A stretch of DNA of 64,000 nucleotides from assembly GCF_001194135.2 (NCBI RefSeq), contig NC_068982.1, positions 6,574,359-6,638,358 on the forward strand, written 5' to 3'. The notes under the pieces are model-generated. The model ran no database searches and was not told the DNA's origin. It saw only the letters and a list, made by a program, of their open reading frames with translations. This DNA is from Octopus bimaculoides. Its lineage: Eukaryota. The position numbers and the translations under genes were made by a program. Of the stretch, positions 13,500-27,174 are shown piece after piece (position 1 is the stretch's first letter; every line of letters begins with the position of its first letter).

Positions 13500-14160
13500 T
13501 ATCAGAATGAAATCAAAGAAAATATTAAGGAATTTTGCAGAAAATTGTGACTTTCAGAAGTACTCAATGTGTGATCACATTTTGAATTTCTTTTATAATG
13601 CCATACACAAGCAAAAAGTTAGCTCAAACCTCAGCACCATTGAATGGAAAAACTTAATTGAATTGCAAAAGGATAATGAATTGATGATTAAAAAGCCAGT
13701 AAAGGAAGTATTGTAGTTCTGATGAACACAGAATGATACAGAAACCTAATACCACCCATGCTAGTAAATGATTCCTACTACAAAATAGTTAACAATTATA
13801 AACAGCAGAAAATAATGAAAAATCTTTTATCCTTATTTGGAAAAGGTCTGACAGAAAAGATAAAGACAAATTATAAACCTAGTCTTTTCTACAATTTACC
13901 AAAAATCCACAGGTGCCAGATTATTAATGAAACCTGCAAAGAATCATCATATATGTCTAATCACCTCGAAATTTGAAACTAAGAGCCATTATAGCTGGCT
14001 CATCATGTGAAACCCACCACTTAAGCATCTTTCTTGACATCTCTTCTGAAATATATCAAAAGTTTTATTGGAAACGATCTGGATATGCTAAACCACCTCC
14101 AAAAAGTCATGATTGCCTCTCAAGCAATGCCTCTCAAGCAATGCTAATCTTTTCTTTTCA
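13500..14160 (+). mobile_element. Penelope-like element RT N-terminal relic
   Basis: NIKEFCRKL, NLSTIEWKNLIELQKDNELMIKK(ADKG-like)...IVVLMNTE, FYNLPKIH, LRAIIAGSSCETHHLSIFLDI. Confidence 0.75.
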
Positions 14161-14187
14161 TAATTTAAGTGCAACCAAGTTACTTAC

Positions 14188-14251
14188 AGACGCTGCTGGT
14201 GACTATTAGAAAGACTTTTGCATGTGCGTGCAATGTAAATATTGTAATTAC
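14188..14251 (-). CDS. Candidate internal exon (64 nt)
   Basis: TTATTTCTTATTTAG| ... |GTAAGT. Two frames open. Confidence 0.3.
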
Positions 14252-14277
14252 CTAAATAAGAAATAAATTAATTTCAG

Positions 14278-14361
14278 CTATGGGATGATACGCAGCCACC
14301 TGACTCCAATTCAATGACCCATGCATCAATAATACCTGAAACACTGACCTCTGACCTGCTG
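14278..14361 (+). CDS. Candidate exon (84 nt, phase 0-0)
   Basis: AATTTCAG| LWDDTQPPDSNSMTHASIIPETLTSDLL |GTATGT. Confidence 0.2.
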
Positions 14362-14878
14362 GTATGTTCGATGGTGGTGGTGGTGGTGATTACTTCTTAA
14401 GAAATGCATAGCTATTCCTAACCTTTGAAGTTTCTTCTTTCAATGAATCTTTGTGAGTTAAGATGTGAGAGACAAAATATTTTCTCTTTTCTGTAATTTT
14501 CCACATTTTCCACATTATCAATGTTACAAAAGCAATTAACAGATTGATTCTATGAATACATCAGACACTTTTTAAGAGTGCAAAATTCAATTTAATATTC
14601 ATTACCGTAAACACTGTTATGTCACACAACTTGTGTCTTTTAATTTGAATGTGCCATATTCTTGAAAATAATGCTTGCTGATTTCTCAGAAACATTTGTT
14701 TTAGGCTGACAGTTTGAAAATACACATTTACTAAAGATCTCATATCAAACAAACAACCTTTCGCCCTTAGTATTTAAACTGGTCAAATCTAGCCTCTCAC
14801 ACCTACGTTACAGTGTCATTCTCAAAGTACATAGTCATGTCATCAATCTTTCAAAGACAAAGTAATCTGAATGCTTAA

Positions 14879-15094
14879 CCCTTTCGTTACCATATTTCTC
14901 TTGAGATGCTCTGTGTTTCCTTCAATTAATTTTAAATATAACAAAGAATTTTGTAAAAATAACTTAGTTATTATTAAGCTAGTGTTAGGAACATAAATTG
15001 TGACTGAGGTTTGGTGGAAAATTTTTAATTCAAAACTTATAAAAACAAGACATTTGTTCTCAGAGCCAGAGCCGGTTTCAGGTGAGTTGGTATC
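14879..15094. mobile_element. piggyBac-type MITE, right end truncated
   Basis: TTAA|CCCTTTCGTTACC start; family body. Confidence 0.85.
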
Positions 15095-15238
15095 ACCTCT
15101 ACATTTGGGCAGACATACATTAGAACCAGTTGGAAGGGTGTGAATTGAAGGAAATTTAGGTTATTATTTCCAGCATATAAAGTGACCACATTGATGTTTC
15201 CTGCTCTCGTGTCTTCTGCTGATTATTTTTCTTCTTAA

Positions 15239-15461
15239 CCCTTTCATTACCATATTTTTGTGGAGATGCTCTGTGTGTTTCTTTCAATTAATTTTAAATA
15301 TAACAAAGAATTTAGTAAAATAACTTAGTTATCATTCAGCTAGTGTTAGGAACATAAATTGTGACTAAGGTTTGGTGGAAGATTTTAATTCAAAACTTAT
15401 GAAAACAAAACATTTGTACTCAGAGCCAGAACTGATTTCAGCTGGGTTGGTAACGAAAGGG
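15239..15461. mobile_element. piggyBac-type MITE
   Basis: TTAA|CCCTTTCATTACC ... GGTAACGAAAGGG|TTAA. Confidence 0.9.
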
Positions 15462-16455
15462 TTAAGGGTCAAATTACTGTATCTTGAATGGAAATATAAG
15501 ATTTATTTTCTTCTATAAACCATTATGGGTTCTTGTTATTAAATTATTGTACATTAATTCCAAAAGATTTCTGCATCATCTTGTTCAGGAAAGTAGCTAA
15601 TCAGCTGCTAGAATTTTGCTATTAATGTATATTAAATTGTTAATCTATCAAGTAACCTAAGAATTTTGACTTTGTATACATTCCATGTGTCATGAACAAA
15701 TTGTATTTGCATTCCATATGCCAATTATTATCGAAAGGTACCATCTTGGAGAAAGAGAATATAAGTCATAAATTAAATGAAGCAAATCATTTACAATATT
15801 TGCTACAAATTAATTACAGTCATTAATTAATGTAATATCAAATTGCATTGATATTTAATTTAACCATTCAGAATGTGGATTTATTGCCCCCATTCTGTCT
15901 TAGTGTTACGTTCATACTCCAAATTCATGGAGACACTTTCATGTTGAGAATACAATGTTAATTGCCAATATTTCAATTATTAAAACTTGAAGAGAATTCA
16001 ATAGCATTCATCATTGTTGTCGTCGTCATTTGATATCCATTCTTCTGTGCTTGCAAGGGTCAGAAGGAATTGGTTGAGGCAGATTTTCTACAACTGAAAC
16101 CCTTCCATTGTCAACATTCACCTGTTTCCAAGCAAGGTAATATTTCCCACTGATCCAGACATGATTTTCACAGAAGGCTTGCATGATGATGATGCTCGTT
16201 TACAAGCACCATGTGATGTCTAGAAAAGTGTACACACAAGCGCACACATGCACACACACACACATGTGCGCACACACATACACACACAGGTGATAAGCTT
16301 CTCTCCTTTCCCTTTACCAAATTTACTTGGAGCCACAAAAACACTTGCTCAAGCAGCTCCACATTGGGACTGAACACAAGACCACATAACTGGAAACAAG
16401 CTTCTTACCTGCAATGCAATTTACACACTCACACACACACACACACACATACATA

Positions 16456-17729
16456 CAAAGTGTAACAGGTAAGTTGGGAGAAATTTCAAACGCATATATT
16501 TCTAATTTCATAGATTTTGTTGGAGTCTAAATTTTAAATTACCAGCTTGAATAATCATTTGTATTATTTTGAATTTCTGATTGAACAAATTATAAATGTT
16601 AATAAAGAATTAAACCGTAGAAATATAATTGCCAAATTATTCCATGCCAGCAAAAGTGCTGGGGAGATTGTTAGAGCCACAAATTATGCCAAATCTATTG
16701 TTTTTAAAGTTGTAACCAATCTGAAGAAAAGCCAGGATATTCAGAGAAATCTTCACAGGCCTCGAAGGATCGAAAATGCATGCCTGGCTTCTATACAGGA
16801 CTTAAAAAGCTCAATTGAGTCGAACCCATCAAAATCGATGGTGAAGTTGGCTAAGATCGAGAAATTAATTAAATGACCATTTCTAGGGCTGTGCAACATG
16901 ACTTCCATATGAAATCGTAGAGGAGGAGACACCATAACATCCTAATTTCCAAATCCATTCAACCAGAAACAAATTCCAAGCTTCTTAGTCGTCTGAAACA
17001 TCATGACGGAGACATTTGCATTTTCATGGATGAAAAGAAATTCATGGTGGACAAATTTACAAACCAACAAAACCCACAAGTGATAGCATACAACCCTTCT
17101 TGAGTTCCTTCAGCTATGCATAGCAAGAATCTGGCTTTCATTATGATCTTTGGAGATGTTGTAATTAATGAGAAATTGATACCTCTTCATTTTATTGAAT
17201 AGGGCCTTAAAATCAACACTGCAGAGCATCTCAAAATCTTAGAAGTTTTGTTGCCTTGGATCAGGAAGCATTATGATGCAAATTGATTCATGTTTGTACA
17301 GGACTCTGTGCCCGCCCATTCTTCTAAAAGAGTGCAAGAATTTTTGAAGAAGAAATTGCCTATCTTTGACCCTAAAGATATCTGGCCCTTTTGCTTACCA
17401 GATTTCAATCTGTGTGATCGCTGGCAATGGGGCACAGTTGAAACAATACCCAATGTAACTTCTCACAAATGTGCGTCTTCACTGAAGGCTTTCATCAATT
17501 GAGCATTCGATAAAATGAAAAAGGAAGAAATAGTTAAGGGAAGGGCATCATTTTGTAAACTGACTGAACTGGTAAAGAAAGCAAATGGTGGTCACATTGA
17601 ACTGAAATAAGGGCTAAACACTCCACAATAAATTGGTATAAACATAAAACATGCAGTGGTTGATTTTTCTGGGGTATACCAATTATAATAAGAATATTTA
17701 GATGGTCCCAATTTACCTATTACACCCTG
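16456..17729 (+). mobile_element. Full-length degenerate Tc1/mariner, DD37D (maT/Bmmar1-like)
   Basis: TIRs CAAAGTGTAACAGGTAAGTTGGGA / TCCCAATTTACCTATTACACCCTG with TA on both sides. Motifs FMDEKKF, FVQDSVPAH, LPDFNLCD, with 37 residues between the 2nd and 3rd Asp. Stops and frameshifts present. Confidence 0.9.
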
Positions 17730-18959
17730 TATGTATATATATATATATGTAGAAGGTTGAAAAGGAACACACGAGTTGATATATATATGGAGAAAAAGTC
17801 AAGGTAGAAATAATTTTATAAAAAACATTTCAGTACCAGTTTCGTTCATTGAGACTCTATTTACCTAATATCGAGGTCTCATTCTTTTGTTGTCACTTTT
17901 TATTATTATTATTATTATATATATATAAATTAACAGCAGTCTGAAATTAATAGCAGACCTTGAAGCAATCCAGAGGAGATTCACAANNNNNNNNNNNNNN
18001 NNNNNNNNNNNNNNNNNNNNNNNNNNNNNNNNNNNNNNNNNNNNNNNNNNNNNNNNNNNNNNNNNNNNNNNNNNNNNNNNNNNNNNATATATATATATAT
18101 ATATATAAAAACTTTATGCTTATTATTATATTAGGAGGTTTATATCATTTATAGTGTTGTGAAGTATTCAAGAACGGTGTCTGAAGAATGCCAAACCTTT
18201 AATTTAATACCATACTGAAGTTTGGCTGCATCCCACTAAATTCTACAGCTCTCTTACTATAGGAATTAAAATATGCCAAACTGTAAACAATAGCTGATCT
18301 CAATTTTATTTTCTTATCTGCATAAACCTTTCACATTATGATAATAAAATTTTATCAAAATTATTTAGTGTTTTTGCTTGTATTTATTAAGATTTTATCT
18401 TTCATAAATAGCAACCTTTAATATTTTTATATGAGGAAAAGCTGGAATGGTTAGTTGTATAAGTGAGACAGTGTGTCTTAGTGATTATGTTCATGTCTCA
18501 TCACGACTCTATTTTATGTCTTGTTTATTGGGTTAGTGCAGCTCCTTTTTGCTTTTCTTGTATCCTTTCTTATTTATTAATATACCTACACATTTCAACT
18601 ATTTCCTACGTTATTTTCTGACCTAAAAATCACTTGCGTGTTAATCAATAGTTTAGTGATGCCACTATTTTCATTGCATGCTCGAGCTGTTACAGTCAAC
18701 ATGCTATTATAGACACTCCTACATGGACTTCTTAATCACTACAATACATCAGTTTCCTGCTTTTTTTTTTATGAAAAGAGGTTGCTAACACCTCATCCAG
18801 CACTTCTCTATTTCTAGAGAATTTGATCCTGTACGTAAGTGGTCTCCTACAACCGTTTTATGAGAACAACATAATAGATTCAGAGAGGGAGAGAGAGAAA
18901 GAAGAACTGTATGCAGTATTCGGTTAATATTTTATTTTTTCACTCTGAAAAGATGGAAG

Positions 18960-19070
18960 ACAATTTTCATTCTGGTTCTGCTGTTTTCATTCTGGTTCTC
19001 TTCATTCTCTTCATTTTCTTCATTCTGATTCTGCCTTCTTTATTCTTGTTCTCTTCATTCTTTTCATTCA
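18960..19070. repeat. Degenerate TTCATTCT-based minisatellite
   Basis: Repeated TTCATTCT(C/G/T) units. Confidence 0.8.
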
Positions 19071-20604
19071 AAACCCACTGGGTTTTGAATTCGGAATAAA
19101 AGAAAAAACCTGAACAAAGTATTCTAATGATTTTGCTACTTCATCGCTGTACAGAAACGAACCATTTTCTTCATATTGGTATATGTTGCTTTCTTCAAGG
19201 TGCTTTCTTCATATTGGTGTATGTCTGCAACTTAATAAAATACTTACCATTACACACTACCCCACCACCATCACCACCACCACCACCACCACCAATGTGG
19301 AACAGCTCCAAAATAGACTTGTAGGATTCAGTGGTCATCGGAACCTGAATGTTCATACAGACCACCACCCAATCACATAATATGGTTGGTTGTCATTGTT
19401 TTCACCATACGTCTGAAGTGTTTCATAAAAGAACAATAAGCCAAGAATCGAACTCTATCCCACTATATCTAATACTGAACCTAGTGTTTCTGAGATCCTT
19501 ATACCATCACTCTGTTATGTCAGCAGCTGTATGAAGCACCAGCTCTACATTTCCCCCTAATCTTGGTTTTGGTCTTACAACCAGACACATATTTCAATAA
19601 GCCCTATCCTGTTTGATGGAGCACTCATCTTACCACAAATTCACCAGAATTTCCTTCAACTCTTTTTTTTTTTTTTCAAGGGCATTTGCAAGCCTCTTAT
19701 TTTTGATTTGAGAAATAGATGTACTTTGTCTTGCTCTTCACTCGTTCTTAGATGACTTATTCAGGTAAAGAAGTACCTGTTTTTGTTACATACATCAGCT
19801 CTTGAGGCTCTGCTCAGATCAATTCATTTCTTTAGCCCATAATACCAGTAAATAATAGAATGTTGAAGCTCTTTGTATTGTTTTCTCCACTAAATCAATG
19901 GTTACAACAGTTTTCAGTTTTGCTTCTGTTCTGTCTGTATGCTTAAATCTTTTTTTGTTTGCATATATAATTTTGAAATGTTATTTGTTTAAATTGCAAC
20001 TGTGACCACTTTAATGAGCACCTGCCACTGTAGTGAATTTCTGCCCTGTCCAGCTCTGGGGTGGTCATTTTGCAACACATGTAAATATTATAAATAGCTA
20101 TTTTTCAAAATGTGTAAAAGTAAGCCTTTCTTCTCCCTTAGAAAATGGAATACAATTTATTTCTCTGATATTGGTTCCTTTAGTCAACAATGAACCAGGG
20201 ATCAGTATTGCAGTCAAATGTTAATTTTGCATTGCACTGACCCACACTGACCTACTCTGATACAAGGCCATCGACTTGAGTATATCTTTGTCCTTTTCTG
20301 CTTGCTCACTTGCATTTCACCTCAATCATGACAACTAGACTAACGCTGCTATACCTTGCTGCTTATTCAAATACGAACTCATACATCGGCTAGGACTGCA
20401 TTTAATTCCTTCTTAGAGCATACAATTTCTATCAATCCCACCTCCCTCTCTCTCTTTCTATGAAATATAATATCCATTCTTCTTGGATACATTCCTTGAA
20501 GGAGACACAATGCTATCATTCTTGTTACTATTATCAGGATATTATCTATATTTTTCTTACTGGATATCACATTTGCAGAACTGTGTCTACAAGGCTGTAT
20601 TTTT

Positions 20605-21013
20605 TCTTTTATTTCTTTTATTTGTTTCAGTCATTTGACTGTGGCCATGCTGGAGCACCGCCTTTAGTCGCGCAAATCAACCCCAGGACTTATTCTTTGT
20701 AAACCTAGTACTTATTCTATCGGTCTCTCTTGCCGAACCGCGAAGTGACAGGAACGTAAACACACCACCATTGGTTGCCAAGCGATGTTGGGGAGACAAA
20801 CACAAANNNNNNNNNNNNNNNNNNNNNNNNNNNNNNNNNNNNNNNNNNNNNNNNNNNNNNNNNNNNNNNNNNNNNNNNNNNNNNNNNNNNNNNNNNNNNN
20901 NNNNNNNNNNNNNNNNNNNNNNNNNNNNNNNNNNNNNNNNNNNNNNNNNNNNNNNNNNNNNNNNNNNNNNNNNNNNNNNNNNNNNNNNNNNNNNNNNNNN
21001 NNNNNNNNNNNNN

Positions 21014-21051
<38 letters not shown>

Positions 21052-21215
21052 ACGGGCTTCTTTCAGTTTCCATCTACTAAATCCACTCACAAGGCTTTGA
21101 TCGGCCCGAGGCTATAGTAGAAGACACTTGCCCAAGGTACCACACAGTGGGACTGAACCGGGAACCATGTGGTTGCTAAGCAAGCTACTTACCGTACAGC
21201 CACTCCTACGCCTAT
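20605..21215 (-). mobile_element. tRNA-derived SINE family B, with gap and (TA)n in central spacer
   Basis: Both halves present around the N-run. Confidence 0.9.
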
Positions 21216-21496
21216 GTATGTTGCCGTTTCCATTATTTTTAAACAAGTCTTCAAAATCACTTGCATTTATATCAAAATTCCTAATTATTTTTTAACATGT
21301 GCTCTGTTTTTCAATATTTTGTCTCTCTCTTTCTCTTTCTCTCTCTCTCCCCCTGTCTCTCTCTCTCACTGTCTCTTTCCTCTCATGTGATAGCCAAGTA
21401 TTCCCCTATAGTAAGATAACTACCTACCATACTCTAATCTTTCATCTGGCTCACAGCTACTTCCCTCAGTTCCACTCCCTCTCACATCAGGCAGTC

Positions 21497-21795
21497 CTGC
21501 TGGTGCCATGTACAAGGCACTTGCACTGGGATCTATGTTAAAAGCATTTATGCTGGTGTCACATAAGAAGCACCCATGTGGGTGCCATGTAAAGAGCACC
21601 TGAGCTGCTGCCACATTAAAAGCACCCAGTGGAGCACTCTGTAAAGTGGTTGGTGTTAGGAAAGGCATCCAGCCATAGAAACTGTATCAAAATAGACTAT
21701 TGGAGCCCAGTGTTGCACTCCAGCTTGAGAGTTCCTGTCAAATCATCCAACCCATGCCAGCATGGAAAACGGATGTTAAATGACAATGATGATGT
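21497..21795 (+). mobile_element. RTE 3' UTR fragment
   Basis: Family consensus match with (ATG)n tail. Confidence 0.85.
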
Positions 21796-24118
21796 GTGTT
21801 TTCCAATAAACTATCAGCACTTTTTTTTTATGAAGTCTGTAGCACCAACATTCTGTGTTCATCAATGTGATCAAATATTTCTTTTTATTTTTTTACTCAT
21901 TTTTTTTCTCACCTAAATTGAACAAAAAGGTTAAACAACAAACTGCTCATTTGTCTTTGAAGTAACTTGAAATGGATGACTTTTTTTGGCATCGAAATGA
22001 CACAAAAAGTCATCCAGTTCCGAAAAAATAAAACAAATCCACAAAAGTATTCTAAAAACAAGAGCATTATTAAACATGTCTTGCCAAGATAAAATACAAG
22101 AAGAAAAATAATAATATCAATAATAATAATTTCTTAAATAATGTTATTAAAATGATACACACATAATTTGATAATGCTTTATAATTTCACATTAACCAAT
22201 ATATATATATGTGTGTGTGTGCAGGAGTGTGTTGTGTATGTATATTGCATGTGTTGTTTGTGTGTGTGTATGTATGCTTGTGTGTACATAGATATGAACA
22301 CAGGCACATGTGAACAATAGCAGGGATAATTTGCGACAGAAGACAAAAAAAAAAGAACATTCTAAATTGAAAAATAAAACAAATAAAAATTGATATATTT
22401 AATTATTGTCTTGTGATCTGTAAGTTTGTAAGTAGGATAATATATTTTTATCTCTAATTAAGCAATTCAGTCTCCTATTTCACCACAACTCGTTATTTAT
22501 TTTTTTATTTTCTTCAAACATAGCATGGTTATTGATTTTATTTGTGGAATTTAAAGAGTTTATATTTTTTCCAAAGCCAGTGGCAAATATTATTTGTTTT
22601 GTTGATACACAAATTACTATAAAACAAAAGGAAACAAATTCACACACACACACACACACATATACATGTACACTCACAAATACATAAGCATAGAAAGAAA
22701 CAGATCTGTTTATAGAGAGCCTACTTTGCTTCAACCATTCTCTGAGAAAATTATCTCTGAATAAAAATCTGTGTGAAAGAAATGTGGACACTGCAAGTCA
22801 CAACAGAGCAACCAGTACGTGTAACATATTGTGCAGAGAAAACCAATAACTCTAGGTTTAAAAATAAAAATGCTGATACTGTGTAAAGGAAACTCTTTGG
22901 GCTTATCAGACAACCATTCTAGTGTGGATGATATAAGAAAATATATTTGGTCCTTGCTGCAAATTGGTTTGGGATAGGAAAAACAACCAGCTAATAAAAC
23001 TATGCCAAAATCATGACATGAATACAATGTAAAACCTGAATTGCATTTAAAAGATTAGTACCGACCAAGTGAGTGCTGTACACAGCAGCAGGAGGGCCAG
23101 GCTGGAATATCTGGGTGTTTGTGGGAACTCTGCGACTGTCATCAGACTATTGCATTTGCTTTCTTTCTTTCAAAAAAATAAAATAGACATCTAACCAGAA
23201 ACTTTCCTCTCCATTTTTGAACTAAAACCTCAGACCTGTCTCCATCTGGCCTGAAGGAAGATAGATCTGAAGAGATTTTAAAGATGTCAGAGTTGAAGGG
23301 AGATGTGTTGTACAAGAATTAAGATAGAGGGGGAGACTCAGCAACTCTTTATGGTCAGGGAACAGGTACAAATTCACCAGTGACTGTATTGAGTTAGTTG
23401 TATGAGCATGTTTTTGGCATGGGGCTAGTTGTATGAGCATATTATTGAGAGAAAAGTAGGTAGATGGATTAATCCACATAGAGTGTGTAAGAGAATAATT
23501 AATCTTATTTTAGATATAGCAAACATGATAGTAATGCTCATCTTGGCTTCTTTACTCTAACTTATTTGGTCTGCCCACAACCTTTAGATGCCTTCAGTTA
23601 TCAAGCTATAAAATCTTGATGCTCTACTGGCTGAGCTATGCAGATAAAAACAGGATGAAATTTGAACTAAGACTCTTTATTGTTTATACCAAATACTGAG
23701 AAACATCTCTTGTAGTCTGCAGGCCGTATTCTGTAAAATATATACTAAATATTCTGAGAAAAAAATACCAAGTATATACTCTCAAAATGTACAAGATACA
23801 TAATAAGAGTAGAAATTAATATTATTAAATAATATCAATTTCAACCAGTGGTCAGCATACTTAAAAACGTCCAAGGACTGTGGCTTATTTCCTTTCATTT
23901 GTCTAGCTCATAAACATCTAGTGTCTTGCTAATTTGAGAACACAGATTTCGTGGCAAGACGGGTTGACATCTATTTTTAGCATACAGGGATCCACATAGT
24001 GACCTCCCCTATTGTTTATATTTAAGTACAAGATAAATTTAATGATATATGACATCATATAATACTGAATACAGATGCTGCATACTGCATACACACAGTG
24101 TATGACTATTATAAAGTA

Positions 24119-24482
24119 CATTATTTACATTTGACAGATATTTGTCCTCATCTTGTTTGTTGTTAACGCAATGTTTCGGCTGATATACCCTCCAGCCTTC
24201 ATCAGGTGTCTTGGGGAAATTTCGAACCTGGGTTCTCATTCCTAAAGTATTTTTCGATAATCAAACTCGGAATCTTGGGGTTAGTAGCCCCTGTGGGCAT
24301 AATAATAACATTGAAAAATACTTTAGGAATGAGAACCCAGGTTCAAAATTTCTCCAAGACACCTGATGAAGGCTGGAGGGTATATCAGCCGAAACGTTGT
24401 GTTAACAACAAACAAGATAAGGACAAATATCTGTCAAATGTAAATAATGTACATAATTCCTCATCTCTGAAATATAGAACTG
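24119..24482. mobile_element. Composite hammerhead/tRNA-head element, copy 2 (inverted arms, internal tRNA-like head reversed)
   Basis: Minus arm 24119-24256, head fragment on minus 24257-24298, plus arm 24300-24482. Flanked by TATTATAAAGTA (24107-24118) and TATTACAAAGTA (24483-24494). Confidence 0.85.
24358..24403 (+). ncRNA. Minimal type I hammerhead ribozyme motif (intact core)
   Basis: GACAC-CTGATGA-A-GGCTG-(10 nt loop)-CAGCC-GAAA-CG-T-T-GTGTT. Stem I GACAC/GTGTT, stem II GGCTG/CAGCC, stem III reduced to the palindrome AACGTT. Predicted cleavage after 24398. Confidence 0.75.
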
Positions 24483-24499
24483 TATTACAAAGTAGACTG

Positions 24500-24945
24500 T
24501 GATGCCCATGGCTTTATCAAGGACAATGATGACATCTGTTAAATGAATTAAATACTAAAGGATTATCAACACAGCCTAACACATTCCAGTGTTGGATCTT
24601 ATATCCCTTCTATGGTTCTTCACAAAATCTGTTGTTTCCTTTTAGTGCACAAGCCACATATTTATGAGAGAAATGAGAGAAGGGACGAGTGAGTGAGATA
24701 GCTTTTATGTGGGTTCCATTTACAGTAGAAATGCTTTTAGTTTATGAATCTTGATTTATTGATTGATCTAATTGATTTATTGTTTTCCCATCCAATGTTA
24801 ATTCCTTCAACAATGTTGTTTCTTTCAATTATATTGGAAACAATGGTTTGAATAAAAGTAGAGATGGAATTCATTTTGTGTATTTCTCTTTCCAGTTTCA
24901 TTCCATATATCTTAAGTAATGAGAATTTTTTGTTTTTTGTGATCA
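24500..24945 (-). pseudogene. Dead coding segment, paralog A (protein unidentified)
   Basis: Aligns to 27950-28340 with many third-position synonymous changes in one minus frame. Stops and frameshifts present. Confidence 0.55.
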
Positions 24946-25789
24946 ATTTTTATTTAGTACTATAGACATTATATAATACTAAACAAATTTTTGGAAAATT
25001 AATATTGTAAATTCCAGTCAAATTTATAGTTATTGGTGTCCTTGCTATTTAGTGTCTCAGTTCAACATAAGTCATTTACGTTTCAAAAGGTGAAGCAACA
25101 TCATATAAAGTTATATTGTAACCTGAAGAAATATCATTGCGCTAAAAATGACTAGCAACACATTCTGTGACTAGGCTTCTCGGTAAAAATATTGCATAAA
25201 TATGATGTAAAATAACCATGGCCATAGAGACATGGTAGGCTGAGTCTATCAGATATCACATAGGATAGATTTTTGAAAGTCCTTTATTCTGACAACTGGA
25301 TTATATGGATAATTGCTTGGTGATCGTATAAAATTTTGGTGAAACTAACACTTGTCTATGATTATAGTACATGGGTAGAATGATTAATTCACATGAAAAT
25401 AGATTATTTTCTTAATTCTGTAGGAACTATTCTGATAAATGATGTCTGGTTCTTAAGTAAACTGAATTTAATAAATTAGTGTTCAAACCTGAATCATGGA
25501 AACCATTACGTGGATTAATGACTTCCACTTCACTTCTTTTTCATGAAGTCAGTTCAGAGTCAGAATACTTGCATCATGGAGAATTAAACATTTCAAAGCT
25601 GTGTCTGAGGTTTTTGTGTTCAAATTTCAACATGGATGTGTGAATGTGTGTATGTTTGTAGATATTGATAGTTTGTCTTTGAGAAAAAAATATTGTTTTG
25701 ATATAGAAATATAGAGATACAATATTGATTTTCCAGAACTTTCAAGCGTGGAGTGTAACCAGCCCACTTATGAATACCCCTCATTCATT

Positions 25790-26270
25790 GGACAATAAAC
25801 TTTGCTTGCGAACACCTATTGAGGCAAGTGAAATCAAAATCAAAATTGCTGATGTGGCCAATGACAGTACCGCCTGATTGGCACTTGTGCCAGTGGAACA
25901 TTAAAAGCACATCTGAGCATGATTGATGCCAGTGCTGCCGGACTGGTTCCCGTGCAGGTAGCAAGTAAAAAACACCTTTTGAGGGCCACAGATTGGCTCC
26001 CGTGCAGGTAGCATATAAAAAACACATTTTGAGCATGGTCATTGCTAGAACTGCCTGACTGGCCCTCATGCCGGTGGCACGTAAGAGCACCGACTACACT
26101 CTTGGAGTGGTTGGCATTAGGAAGGGCATCTAGCTGTAGAAACTTTGCCAGATCAGACTGGAGCCTGGTGCAGCCTTCTGGCTCACTAGTCCTCAGTCAA
26201 ACCATCCAAGCCATACCAGCATGGAAAGCGGACGTTAAATGACAATGATGCTGATGATGGTGATGATGAT
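25790..26270 (+). mobile_element. RTE 3' UTR with internal tandem units
   Basis: Several ~60-66 bp GTGCC(N3)GGCAC-AAAAAGCACC units, then family tail. Confidence 0.85.
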
Positions 26271-27174
26271 TTGGTTACAAAGCTATTCTGCTTTGCTAAT
26301 TTCACTGGGCCAGGGGTGCTCATTTTGATTAATGCACTTTAAATTAAACAAATATTAAATTTATTTAAATAATTAAATGAAATACGGGTTCCTGTGCATC
26401 AGTGTAAGTTAGTGTGGATTGTAAGAGTCTCTGGACCATCATAATCCAGAGAGTTGATGGTGTTGTGGATGTAGTTATATGCTCAAATTTAGTTGTGGCT
26501 GTATTGTTCTGTTAATTGTCTGGGCATTTATAGATAAAAAGAAAAGAAATTCTGATTCAATGGAAACAGACATGTAACAACATGAACTGAAAAATTAAAG
26601 GATCATTGACATTATTTTGTAAATTTCTTCACTGACAGGGGACTTGAATCTATGACTGTCAAATAGCTTCAACAAACAGATGCCTAAAAATCTGAGTCTC
26701 CACCGACCAAGATATTCCAGCAACGAAAACAATCATGCTTTGATCAATAGTCTTTGTTGTTAATGTTATTATTAACGATTCATCTGTCTTTATGTTCAAA
26801 GTTCAAATTCTGCTGAGGTCGACTTTACGTTTCATCCTTTTGGGGTCGATGAAATAAGTACTAGTTGAGTACTGGGGTCAATGTAATGACCTTGCCCCTC
26901 ACTCAAAAGTGTTGGCTTTGCACCAAAACTTCAAACCAATATTACTCTTAACAATAAGGGGGTAAACTGGCAGAATTGTTATTGTCCCAGAAAATTGCTT
27001 AGCAGCATTTCTACCAACTTTATGTTCTGAGTTCAAATTCCACTGAGGTTGACTTTGCTTTTCATCCTTTCAAGATCGATAAAATAAGTATCAGTTAAAC
27101 GCTGGGGCCAATATGATTAACTGACCCTCTCTCTTGAAGATACTGTCCTGTGCCAAAATTTGAAATCAATATTT

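Noticed and set aside
19380-20040. L1-like motif WDRVRFLA on the minus strand
   Set aside because: Stop density in all frames is near random and no RT or endonuclease motifs were found nearby.
21905-21925. Recursive-splice-like TTTAG|GTGAG (also TTTTAG|GTAAGC near 1995) on minus
   Set aside because: Short motifs expected by chance, and the host intron is unproven.
25790-26100. CRISPR-like array of ~60 bp units
   Set aside because: No unique spacers; these are tandem units of an RTE 3' UTR in a eukaryotic genome.
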